Assembly (NCBI GenBank): GCA_963823665.1
Contig: CAWGMQ010000004.1
Location: 448,001 to 512,000, forward strand
DNA length: 64,000 bases
Origin: an uncultured Planctomycetota bacterium
GTDB lineage: Bacteria > Planctomycetota > Planctomycetia > Isosphaerales > Isosphaeraceae
Reading direction: 5' to 3'
The position numbers and the translations under genes were made by a program. The notes below the pieces were generated by a model. That model had not been told where the DNA came from and did no database searches. It worked only from the letters and a program-made list of their open reading frames with translations. This document shows, piece after piece, positions 52,988-62,161 of this stretch. Every line of letters starts with the position of its first letter. Position 1 is the stretch's first letter.

Positions 52988-53545
52988 ATGACTCAAGACG
53001 CGACGGGACTCCTGGAACCGTTCCGCAAGTACCTCAAGGTGCTGGCGGAGCTACATCTCGACCGGAAACTTCGGGGCAAGCTGGACCCCTCGGACGTGGT
53101 CCAGCAGACGATGCTGCGCGCCTACTCGGCCCTTGCGGAGGTACGCGACACCCGGCCCGAAGTTCTGGTGGCCTGGCTGCGGCGGATCCTGGCCCGGACC
53201 CTGGCCGATGCGGCCAAGCACTACGAGCGGGACAAGCGGGACGTCGCCCTCGAGCGGTCGCTTGAGGCCGACCTGGACCGTTCCGCCTCGGGGTTCGCCG
53301 CGTGGCTGGCCGCCGACCAGACCTCGCCCAGCAGCCGCGCCGATCGGAACGAGGAACTGCTCCAGATGGTCGAGGCCCTGGCGGAACTGCCCGAGCTCAT
53401 GCGCGAGGTGGTCGTGCTCAAGCACTGCCAGGGCTGGACGCTGCCGCAGATCGCCGAGCGGATCGGCCGGAGCGTCCCCTCCGTCGCGTCGCTATTGCGG
53501 CGAGGGCTGGAAGAACTGCGAATACGGTTGAAGACCGGGGAGTGA
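52988..53545 (+). CDS. ECF sigma-70 factor, planctomycete type
   Basis: 'LRGKLDPSDVVQQT', 'WLRRIL', 'QTSPS', 'REVVVLKHCQGWTLPQIAERIGRS'; directly upstream of a kinase. Confidence 0.93.
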   Translation: MTQDATGLLEPFRKYLKVLAELHLDRKLRGKLDPSDVVQQTMLRAYSALAEVRDTRPEVLVAWLRRILARTLADAAKHYERDKRDVALERSLEADLDRSASGFAAWLAADQTSPSSRADRNEELLQMVEALAELPELMREVVVLKHCQGWTLPQIAERIGRSVPSVASLLRRGLEELRIRLKTGE

Positions 53546-53548
53546 CCC

Positions 53549-56500
53549 GTGACGACGCCCAACGACCCCACGATGTCCCACGACTCGCTCGACGCGGTGA
53601 TCGCCGACTACATATTGGCGGTTGAAGCCGGCGCGGTTCCTAATCGCCAGGAGCTGCTCGACCAACACGCCGAGCACGCCGACGCCCTCCGCGCCTTCTT
53701 CGCCGACCTTGACCGAATGGACCGTGTCGCCTCCCCTCTGCGGGTGGCCGGCGGGCCGGACGAAACCGGCGCTGCCGACGCCAATGGCCAAACGGCGCTC
53801 TCAACGGTCCGCTACTTCGGCGATTACGAGCTCCTGGAGGAGATCGCCCGCGGTGGGATGGGGATCGTCTACAAGGCCCGGCAAGTCTCACTCAACCGGC
53901 TGGTCGCCCTCAAGATGATCCTCGCCGGCAGCTTCGCCTCCACTCGCGACATCCAGCGCTTCCGCTCCGAGGCTGAGGCGGCCGCCAACCTGGACCATCC
54001 GCAGATCGTGCCTATCTACGAGATTGGCGAACACGAGGGCCAGCAATACTATTCGATGAAGTTCGTCGAGGGGACCTCGCTGGCGAAGCACGCCCGGGGT
54101 AATCCGCGTAGCGAGGTCGAGGGCCTGGTCGGCGTGATCCGGGCCGTGCACCACGCGCACCAGCGCGGGGTCTTGCACCGGGATTTGAAACCCTCCAACG
54201 TGCTCGTCGATTCCCAAGGAGCTCTTCTCGTAACTGACTTCGGCCTGGCGAAGCGGCTGGCTCCTGGCGACAGCTCGTTCACGGAGACCGGGCAGATGCT
54301 GGGCACGCCGAAGTACATGGCGCCTGAGCAGGCCGCTGGGCGGAAGGACCTGACGGTCGCGGCCGACGTGTACAGCCTCGGGGTGATCCTCTACGAGCGT
54401 CTCGCCGGCCAGACGCCGTTCACAGGTGACAACGCGCTCACAGTGTTGCGGCAGGCCCGTGAGTCGGACCCGCCGCGGCCGTCCACGATTCGGCCGGGTC
54501 TCGACCGCGATCTGGAAACCGTGGTGCTCAAGTGCCTGGAGAAGGACTCGCATCGACGTTACCCCAGTGCTGATGCGCTCGCCGAGGACTTGAGGCGATG
54601 GCTGGTCGGCGAGCCGATCCTGGCCCGCCGAGTCAGCCGTCCCGAGCGGATCGCGCTCTGGTGCCGCCGAAACCCGTCGTTGGCGGTGGCCAGTTCCTTG
54701 GCTCTCGCAGCCCTGGTGGCTGTGGCGGTGATTTCGCTGGTCTTTGCTGTGGAGCAAACTAACGCGAAGAACCGGGTCAAGGGTCTGGCGGACAACCTGA
54801 AGGCGGCGCTGAAGGATTCGGAGCAGCGGGCCGCGGCCCTCAACTTCGAGCGTGGACATGCCCTTTGCGAGAAAGGAGAGATGGGACCAGGCCTGTTATG
54901 GCTGGTCGAAAGCTGGCGCTCGGCCGTGGCTGCCGACAACACCGATTGGCAGCACACAGCCCGAGCCAGCTTGTCCGCCTGGCAACGCCATCCCGCCCAA
55001 GTCAAGGCAGTTTTCTCTCAGGCCGAAGCGGTCAGCCATGTCGCCTTCAGCTCCGACGGCAAGGCGGTGCTCACCGGGAGTGAAGACGGGACGGCGCAGC
55101 TATGGGACGCCAGAACCGCCAAGCCCCTCGGACCAACACTGAGACACGATGATGCGATCACGGACCTGACGTTTAGCCCTGATGGTAAGACAGCGCTCAT
55201 CGCGAGCTGGGATGGGACAGTGCGGCTGCTGGATTCGGCGACCGGACAGCCGCTCCGAACGCTGTTGCATCATCAGTCCCCGGTCTATCACGCGGCATTC
55301 AGCCCGGACGGCAATACGGTGCTCACCGGGAGCTACGACGCGAAGGCACGGCTATGGAACGTCGCAACCGGCCGCCCCCTGGGATCCCCACTGAGCCATC
55401 GGATCGGGGTCTGGGCTGTGGCGTTCAGCCCGGATGGCAAGACGGTACTGACCGGGAGTGGGGACCGCACGGCGCGGCTGTGGGACACGGCGACCGGCAA
55501 CCCCCTGGGACCCCCATTGAGCCATCGAGACGACGTCCGTGCCGTGGCATTCAGCTCAGACGGCAAGACGGTGCTCACGGGAAGCCAGGACAAGACGGCG
55601 CGCCTCTGGGACGGGGCGACCGGACAGCCCGTTGGACCCTCGCTGGTCCATCAGGGCGGTGTCCATTTTCTTGCCTTCAGCCCGGACGGCAAGACGTTGC
55701 TGACCAGGAGCGACCACGGTATAGCGCGGCTCTGGGACGCGGCGACCGGACGGCCCCTCGGAGCGCCACTGGGCCACCGAAACGACGTCCGCGCCGTGGC
55801 GTTCAGTCCGGACGGCAAGACGGTGCTCACCGGGAGCGAGGACGGTACGGCGCGGCTGTGGGACGCGGCGACCGGCCGACCCGTCGGACTGCCGATCAGG
55901 CACCTTCACCCCGTCCTGGACGTGGCATTTGGCCCGGACGATAAGACGGTACTCACCGGGGACTCAGGTGGGACGGCACGGCTGTGGGACACGACGACGG
56001 TCCAGCCCCACGTCGTCCCCTTGAGCCATGAGCGTGGGGCCCGGGTCGTGGCGTTCAGCCCCGACGGCAAGGCGGTTCTTACCGGAGGAGGCTTCAAGGA
56101 AACACGGCTGTGGGACGCGGCGACTGGTCAGCCTCTGGGACCCCCGTTCAGCGCCCAGGGCGGGACAATTGCCCAGGCACTAAGCCCGGACGGCAAGGCA
56201 GTCCTCCTTGCAGGCACGGATGAGACGGCGCTGCACGGCAGAGTACAGCTCAGGGACGGGGCGACCGGACAGCCCCTCGGATCTCCGCTGAGCCTTCCAA
56301 ATCTGGCTGATGTCGCGGCATTCAGATCGGATGGCAAGGCAGTGCTAATCGGGACCCGAGACGGGACGGCGCGCGTATGGGATGCAGCGTCCGGCCGGCC
56401 CCTCGGACCTCCGCTAAGTGATGGGAGCCCGGTCCATGCCGTCGCGTTCAGCCCGGACGGCAAGGCGGCGCTCACCGGGGGGGGCGACAAGAGGGCGCGA

Positions 56501-58003
56501 ATATGGGACGTAGCGACCGGCCGACTTCTGGGACCGCTGCTGACCCATCAGGGTGGGATCTCGGCCGTGGCCTTCAGCCCGGACGGCAAGGTGGCGCTCA
56601 CCGGAAGCGACGACAAGACAGCGCGCTTATGGGACGCGGCGACCGGCCGACCGCTCGGGCCTTCGCTAATACATGAGGGCGGTGTCTCGGCTGTGGCGTT
56701 CAGCCATGACGGCAAGGAGGTGCTCACGGGGAGCCGGGACAAGACAGCGCGCCTATGGGACGCGGCGACCGGCCGACCGCTTGGGCCCCCGATGAGCCAT
56801 GAAAGCTGGATCTCCGCTGTGGCGTTCACCCCCGACGGCAAGGCGGTACTCACCGGGGACGCGGACGGGACGGCGCAGCTATGGGATGTCTCGGAACTCG
56901 CCGACAATCCGGAACGCATTTCGACCTGGGTCGAGGTGATCACAGGTCTCAAGCTCGAAAAACCGGGTTCCGTGAGCGTGCTCGACAATTCGAGCTGGCG
57001 CCAGCGCCGCGACATGCTCAACCGATTGGGAGGCCCGCCGCCTGTGGACAGTGCGTGGGCGGCCGACCCCATCCTTTTCGGCCCCGAACCAACCGCACGC
57101 GCGCGGGCCTGGATCGAGCGACAGCGGTGGGCGGAAGCCGAGGCAGCCTTCGACGAGGTCGTCCTCGCGCGACCCTTCGACGCAGACGTCGTGCTGGAAC
57201 GGGCCCGCTTCCTAGCCGCTCACTCCCGGCCCGACAAGGCCGACGATGACTTCCTTCAGGCATACGCCCTCGGGTCGCACGACCCAGATCTCATCGAAAT
57301 GATCGTGCGGAACGAGGCGCTCTTCGCTCGTGCCGTCGCACGGCATCCCGATTCATTTGAACTTTGGAGCCGGCACGGCGACGATCGCGCCAGGCGGCAG
57401 CGATGGGCCGAGGCCGCCGCGGATTATGGGCAACTCGTCCGGCTCCAACCGGAGGACCTCACGCTTCGCCACCATCAGATCCTCTTACTCGGGGCGGCCG
57501 GGGAAATTGATCAGCTTCAGCGAGCGCGTTTCGATCTCCTCAGCAGGTTCGGGCGGACAGGGATTGCGCATGTCGCTAATTCCGCCTCCTGGTGTTGTTC
57601 GCTGGCCCCAGGGATGAACGATCGCCTCGAAGTGCTGGTTCGCCTCGCCGAGCTCGCCGTGAACGGCTTTACCGCAGACCAGAAGCATCTCGCCCTGAAC
57701 ACACTCGGCGCCACGCTCTACCGTGCCGGGCGCTTCGATGACGCGCTTCGACGTCTGGAGGAAGGGATGAAGGCGCGTAACGGGGCGGAAGAACCCTTCG
57801 ATTGGCCTTTCCTCGCTATGGCTCACCACTGCCTGGGGCATCACGACGAGGCTCGCCGCTGGCTCTATCGGCTCTGCAACCACCAGCCCAACACCAGTCC
57901 CCACGGATTCTGGCAGGAATTGGAATTCCGTCTGCTTCGCAGCGAGGCCGAAGCCGTGATCCTTTACGACCCGGTCTTCCCGGCCGATCCGTTTGCGCAT
58001 TGA
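53549..58003 (+). CDS. Ser/Thr protein kinase: kinase, TM, WD40 repeats, TPR C-terminus
   Basis: RGGMG, HRDLKPSN, DFG, APE; repeated 'VAFSPDGKTVLTGS.D.TARLWD'. Confidence 0.95.
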   Translation: MTTPNDPTMSHDSLDAVIADYILAVEAGAVPNRQELLDQHAEHADALRAFFADLDRMDRVASPLRVAGGPDETGAADANGQTALSTVRYFGDYELLEEIARGGMGIVYKARQVSLNRLVALKMILAGSFASTRDIQRFRSEAEAAANLDHPQIVPIYEIGEHEGQQYYSMKFVEGTSLAKHARGNPRSEVEGLVGVIRAVHHAHQRGVLHRDLKPSNVLVDSQGALLVTDFGLAKRLAPGDSSFTETGQMLGTPKYMAPEQAAGRKDLTVAADVYSLGVILYERLAGQTPFTGDNALTVLRQARESDPPRPSTIRPGLDRDLETVVLKCLEKDSHRRYPSADALAEDLRRWLVGEPILARRVSRPERIALWCRRNPSLAVASSLALAALVAVAVISLVFAVEQTNAKNRVKGLADNLKAALKDSEQRAAALNFERGHALCEKGEMGPGLLWLVESWRSAVAADNTDWQHTARASLSAWQRHPAQVKAVFSQAEAVSHVAFSSDGKAVLTGSEDGTAQLWDARTAKPLGPTLRHDDAITDLTFSPDGKTALIASWDGTVRLLDSATGQPLRTLLHHQSPVYHAAFSPDGNTVLTGSYDAKARLWNVATGRPLGSPLSHRIGVWAVAFSPDGKTVLTGSGDRTARLWDTATGNPLGPPLSHRDDVRAVAFSSDGKTVLTGSQDKTARLWDGATGQPVGPSLVHQGGVHFLAFSPDGKTLLTRSDHGIARLWDAATGRPLGAPLGHRNDVRAVAFSPDGKTVLTGSEDGTARLWDAATGRPVGLPIRHLHPVLDVAFGPDDKTVLTGDSGGTARLWDTTTVQPHVVPLSHERGARVVAFSPDGKAVLTGGGFKETRLWDAATGQPLGPPFSAQGGTIAQALSPDGKAVLLAGTDETALHGRVQLRDGATGQPLGSPLSLPNLADVAAFRSDGKAVLIGTRDGTARVWDAASGRPLGPPLSDGSPVHAVAFSPDGKAALTGGGDKRARIWDVATGRLLGPLLTHQGGISAVAFSPDGKVALTGSDDKTARLWDAATGRPLGPSLIHEGGVSAVAFSHDGKEVLTGSRDKTARLWDAATGRPLGPPMSHESWISAVAFTPDGKAVLTGDADGTAQLWDVSELADNPERISTWVEVITGLKLEKPGSVSVLDNSSWRQRRDMLNRLGGPPPVDSAWAADPILFGPEPTARARAWIERQRWAEAEAAFDEVVLARPFDADVVLERARFLAAHSRPDKADDDFLQAYALGSHDPDLIEMIVRNEALFARAVARHPDSFELWSRHGDDRARRQRWAEAAADYGQLVRLQPEDLTLRHHQILLLGAAGEIDQLQRARFDLLSRFGRTGIAHVANSASWCCSLAPGMNDRLEVLVRLAELAVNGFTADQKHLALNTLGATLYRAGRFDDALRRLEEGMKARNGAEEPFDWPFLAMAHHCLGHHDEARRWLYRLCNHQPNTSPHGFWQELEFRLLRSEAEAVILYDPVFPADPFAH

Positions 58004-58257
58004 GCAACCAGCTCCGTCACATCTGCGGCGAAACTTGACGTGACGGGCCGCTCATGGCCCACAGGCGCTGCCGATTCCTGTCCAAGCAGGCTTGATCGAG
58101 GAGGACAACATGCCACCCTATGCGCGACGCTAGCTTCTTGCGGAGATGGCGTAAGGTCCTCTACCAGCCAGAAGATCGGCTTAGCGTAGTTTTTTGTCCG
58201 TTTGCTACGGGAATGCCATGTACAGGAGCACTGCCTGGAACTCAGCCTTCCGGCGGT

Positions 58258-58288
58258 GAACTCTGCATAATCCTGAACTGAGGATAAT
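58258..58288. mobile_element. Putative RIT element right terminus
   Basis: GAACTCTGCATAAT-CCT-GAACTGAGGATAAT direct repeat, inverted relative to ATTATGCGCAG at 52473; abuts the truncated helicase. Confidence 0.6.
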
Positions 58289-59742
58289 TCGCTGACATGG
58301 GCGTGAATCCGACCGCATGGGGGTATTCGCCCTACGACGAGATCATCAAGAAACTAATCGCCGCCGGCGTTCCGGCCGAACAGATCGCCGCTGTCGGCGA
58401 CGCCGAATCCGACGTCAAGAAGCAGGCACTCTTTGAGAAAGTAAGACAAGGGTCGGTCCGCGTACTGATCGGCAGCACCCAGAAAATGGGCACCGGCACC
58501 AATGTCCAGAAACGCCTGGTCGCGCTGCATCACCTCGACGCCCCGTGGAAGCCAGCGGAAGTCGAGCAGCGTGACGGACGTATCCTCCGTCAGGGCAACG
58601 AGAACAAGGAGGTGGCGATCTATCGCTACGTCACCGAAGGATCATTTGATGCGTACATGTGGCAAGCGTTGGAGACCAAGGCCCGGTTCATCTCGCAGGT
58701 CATGACCGGCGACAACGCCGCCCGCAGGGCCGAAGACATCGGCAGCCAGGAACTCTCCTACGCCGAGGTGAAGGCGATCGCGTCGGGAAACCCGGCGGTG
58801 CTGACACTCGCCGAGGCCGACGCCGAATTGCAACGGCTCGCCTTGCTCAAGAAGAACCACCTGGATGAGCAGTACGTCGCCCGCCGTAGCGTCCGCGACT
58901 TGCCTGCAACGATCGCCGGCCTGTCCGACCGACTCTCAAAGCTCACCGCAGACCAAGCCACCGCGAACAGTCACGCCACCGCCCTCATCGCCATTGGTGG
59001 CCGGACGTACCGACGCGAGGAGATCCCCGACATACTCGGGGGCAGGCTGGAGGCTTTGCCGAAGAACGTCCGCGAGACAACCCGCATTCCGTTCGGCAAC
59101 TACCGGGGGCTGGGTTTTGGCATCGTGCTCCATTCGCAATTCGCGCCCGAAATCTACCTTGAAGGTGCCACCACCCGACTGGCGACGCTATCCCGTGATC
59201 ACCACGGGCCGCGGGCCGTCCATAACGCCCTGGAGCGGCTGGCGGATGGTTACGGTTCCGAATGCGATAGCGTTCAACGCGACCTCAGAATCGCGAACTC
59301 ACAGCTTCGCGATTACCAAGCCCGCTTGGGCAAGCCCTTCCTGCACGACACCTACCTGGCCGAACTGACCACCTTGCGAGACCAGCTCAAGGCCGGGCTT
59401 TCAGGTGCAACGCCTGAGCCGGGGAAACAGGAAGGGCCAAGCGTTTCCCAAGTAGCCGAGCAGATCAAGGCAATCAAGGTCGCCAACGCGATTGAAGCCA
59501 CGCCCCAACGCGACCGGCACAAACAGTCGTCTGCCGAGGAACCCATCACCGCCCGCATTCGACGGAGGACGGAGACAAATCCCGCATCCGATCGCGTTAC
59601 AGAGGCTGATACCCCAACGGAGACCGAGTGCGTCCACTCGCAAGGATCAATGGAGAATTCGTCCCTCGGTCCGCCGAGAACTTTCCAGGAACGCATCATT
59701 CTTGAGCGGCAACGCGGGGACCTGGAGCCAAGCCTCCCTTGA
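58288..59742 (+). pseudogene. C-terminal part of a large SF2 helicase (DarB-like methylase/helicase of conjugative/integrative elements)
   Basis: 'FADMG...VRVLIGSTQKMGTGTNVQKRL..HHLDAPWKPAEVEQRDGRILRQGN'; motifs I/II missing; an in-frame TAA precedes FADMG. Confidence 0.85.
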
Positions 59743-60190
59743 GTCCGGGTCGCGGAATTCGTGAGTACGTATCGCCGGCACTGTGCTCCGCGCCCGGTGG
59801 ACGTGATCTCACTGACGGCGGCGGGTCGACTAAACCCAACATTTCGACTGCGAGCCGCAATGAAGCAGCTCACATAATGATATCTAACGCTCACGTGCAC
59901 TAGACTCTGTCAACCGAGTGCCATCCGAATCGACATCAATGGTGTTGATGTAATTCAATGGCTTGGATGCTCGCTTTGCCTCGGGTGGCTCCGATTTTGG
60001 ATTTACCCGCTTAAATGCGACCGGCCCGGTTAGGCGCGACTTCAGCCGAGGCCGCTCGGTATGAGCAAGACGGTCGCGATCACTACGCTGCCTGACGCGC
60101 AAGCAATTAAAGTTTTCTAAGACTAGACGGCAAAGAATTAAGCCGCTAATACTCGTTGATACCATATCATATTGAGTATTAGGCGCCTGT

Positions 60191-62161
60191 ATGGACGTAA
60201 AGGATGATTATCTACGCTCTCTCGAGCTGATGGACCGCGATGACCTCTTGAAAACTGTCAAATCGCTGATGACGGGCGGTATTGCCATAAACTTCCACGG
60301 CAAGCGCACCGCCCAGGAGATTGACAAAAAAGTCCGGCCGCGACAAACGCTTATCAAGAAGGAACTGTCGATCGGAACGCCAGAGGAGCAGGCCCGCAAT
60401 TCGATTGTGGAAGGCGAGAACCTTCAAGCCATGGTCACATTGTACAAGGAGCGCGGCCAGGTCGACTTGATCGTGACCGATCCGCCATACAATACCGGCG
60501 GACAGTTCCGCTACAACGATAAATGGGATACCGATCCGAACGACCCAGATCTAGGCCAGATCGTCAAGATTGACGACGGATCGCGGCACACTAAATGGAT
60601 GAAGGCGATTTTACCGCGCCTCAACATGATGCACGCCATGCTTCGGCCTAATGGCGTCCTGGCAATCTGCATTGACGATAACGAGCTTTTCCACCTGGGA
60701 ATGATGCTTGACGAAATATTCGGCGAATATAACCGAATCGGGATCATCAATTGGCAGAAGTCTTATTCCCCGAAAAACCAGGACCGTCATTTATCGACCG
60801 CAACCGAATATGTTCTTGTCTATGCCAAGGACAAAGACCTTGCGAAAACCGCGATGCTTGAGCGCGACGAAGACATGAACGCGCGGTACTGGAATCCCGA
60901 CCAGGACCCGGACGGCCGGTGGAAGAAGCAAGGCGACCCCACAGCGAAAGACCCCCTTGCCGGCGCCATCTATGCCATCCAGTCGCCTTTTACCGGCACC
61001 ATATACTATCCGCCCAAGGGGCGGCATTGGAGCCATACCAAGGCGCAGATGAAGGCCTGGCTCAATGAATGGAACATAGCCTATGTCGAGCGCGACATCG
61101 GCGATGGCGCCGGTGCCGCGATCCTGATTCCAGGCTACGACCACAAGGCACCCCGATCGGCCGCGAGCGTAAAGGCGACCGAGAAGGCCCGCGAAGCAGC
61201 GGAGGAACGGCTTGCGGCCGCCAATTGGCCCAAGCTGCATTTCGGCGATAAAGGTACGTCCGGTCCGAACCTGAAACGCCACCTTCGATTCGTCAAGAAG
61301 GGCAAAATCCCTCTCACGTATTGGGCCGATGACGACTACGACACACCGCTTGTCCTCGGTTCCCAATCTTGGGAACATGCCGAATCCGGCCACAGCCAGG
61401 CCGGCATAAATGAGCTGGACGCGATCCTTGGCCGAGGGCACGGCTTCACGACCGTCAAGCCACTCAAGCTGATCAAAAAGATCATCCAACTTTGGTGTCC
61501 GCCCAACGGCCTGGTTCTCGATCCTTACGCGGGATCGGGCACGACCGGCCATGCTGTGCTCGAGCTGAACGCGCAAGCCGGCGCCGCGCGTCGCTTCATT
61601 CTGATCGAGCAGGGCGCCCCCGATCGCGGCGATAAATACGCCCGCAGTCTGACGCAGGAGCGGCTACGGCGCGCGATCACCGGCGAGCGCCCGGGTACAA
61701 GCGGCAAGCTGAAGAAGACGGCCGAGCGGCTCCCCGGCGGTTTCCAATTCAGAATGCTCACGAAGAAGATCGACAGTCGAACCGTCCTCACGATGAAGAA
61801 AGACGAGCTGATCGACCTTGTCATCACCTCGCATTGGGAAAATGGGCGACGCGGCGGTTGCGGGCTGATTCGCTTCGAGCAGGAAGGATATAAATATCTG
61901 GTCGGCTGCAACGAGCAGAAGGAAGGATATTTCCTTATATGGAACGGTGGCGACAAAGTCGGCCAGCTCGACAAAACCAATTTTTCGACCGTGGTGCAGG
62001 AGGCCAAGAAAGCAGGCCTCACGCAGCCTTACCACGTCTATGCCCGCTACGAGGTTTTCCAGTCGCGCAACGTCGTTTTTTACAAGATACCCGACAAGAT
62101 TCTTGCACACCTTGGTCTGAATGAAAACAGTGACAGCTTCAACGAGGAAGGCGAGGAATGA
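60191..62161 (+). CDS. mod: Type III restriction-modification adenine methyltransferase (Mod)
   Basis: 'IVEGENL', 'TDPPYNTG', 'VKPLKLIKKII', 'VLDPYAGSGTTGHA' (beta-class order). Confidence 0.9.
   Translation: MDVKDDYLRSLELMDRDDLLKTVKSLMTGGIAINFHGKRTAQEIDKKVRPRQTLIKKELSIGTPEEQARNSIVEGENLQAMVTLYKERGQVDLIVTDPPYNTGGQFRYNDKWDTDPNDPDLGQIVKIDDGSRHTKWMKAILPRLNMMHAMLRPNGVLAICIDDNELFHLGMMLDEIFGEYNRIGIINWQKSYSPKNQDRHLSTATEYVLVYAKDKDLAKTAMLERDEDMNARYWNPDQDPDGRWKKQGDPTAKDPLAGAIYAIQSPFTGTIYYPPKGRHWSHTKAQMKAWLNEWNIAYVERDIGDGAGAAILIPGYDHKAPRSAASVKATEKAREAAEERLAAANWPKLHFGDKGTSGPNLKRHLRFVKKGKIPLTYWADDDYDTPLVLGSQSWEHAESGHSQAGINELDAILGRGHGFTTVKPLKLIKKIIQLWCPPNGLVLDPYAGSGTTGHAVLELNAQAGAARRFILIEQGAPDRGDKYARSLTQERLRRAITGERPGTSGKLKKTAERLPGGFQFRMLTKKIDSRTVLTMKKDELIDLVITSHWENGRRGGCGLIRFEQEGYKYLVGCNEQKEGYFLIWNGGDKVGQLDKTNFSTVVQEAKKAGLTQPYHVYARYEVFQSRNVVFYKIPDKILAHLGLNENSDSFNEEGEE

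Larger units (their letters stand above)
52492..58217. mobile_element. Defective Tn3-family transposon carrying an ECF sigma + kinase-WD40 pair
   Basis: Right IR 58180-58217 reads GGCATTCCCGTAGCAAACGGACAAAAAACTACGCTAAG (38 bp, minus strand); left partial IR GGCCTTCCCGTAGCAAACGGACA; flanks ATATA/ATGTA; resolvase remnant inside; no tnpA. Confidence 0.85.
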
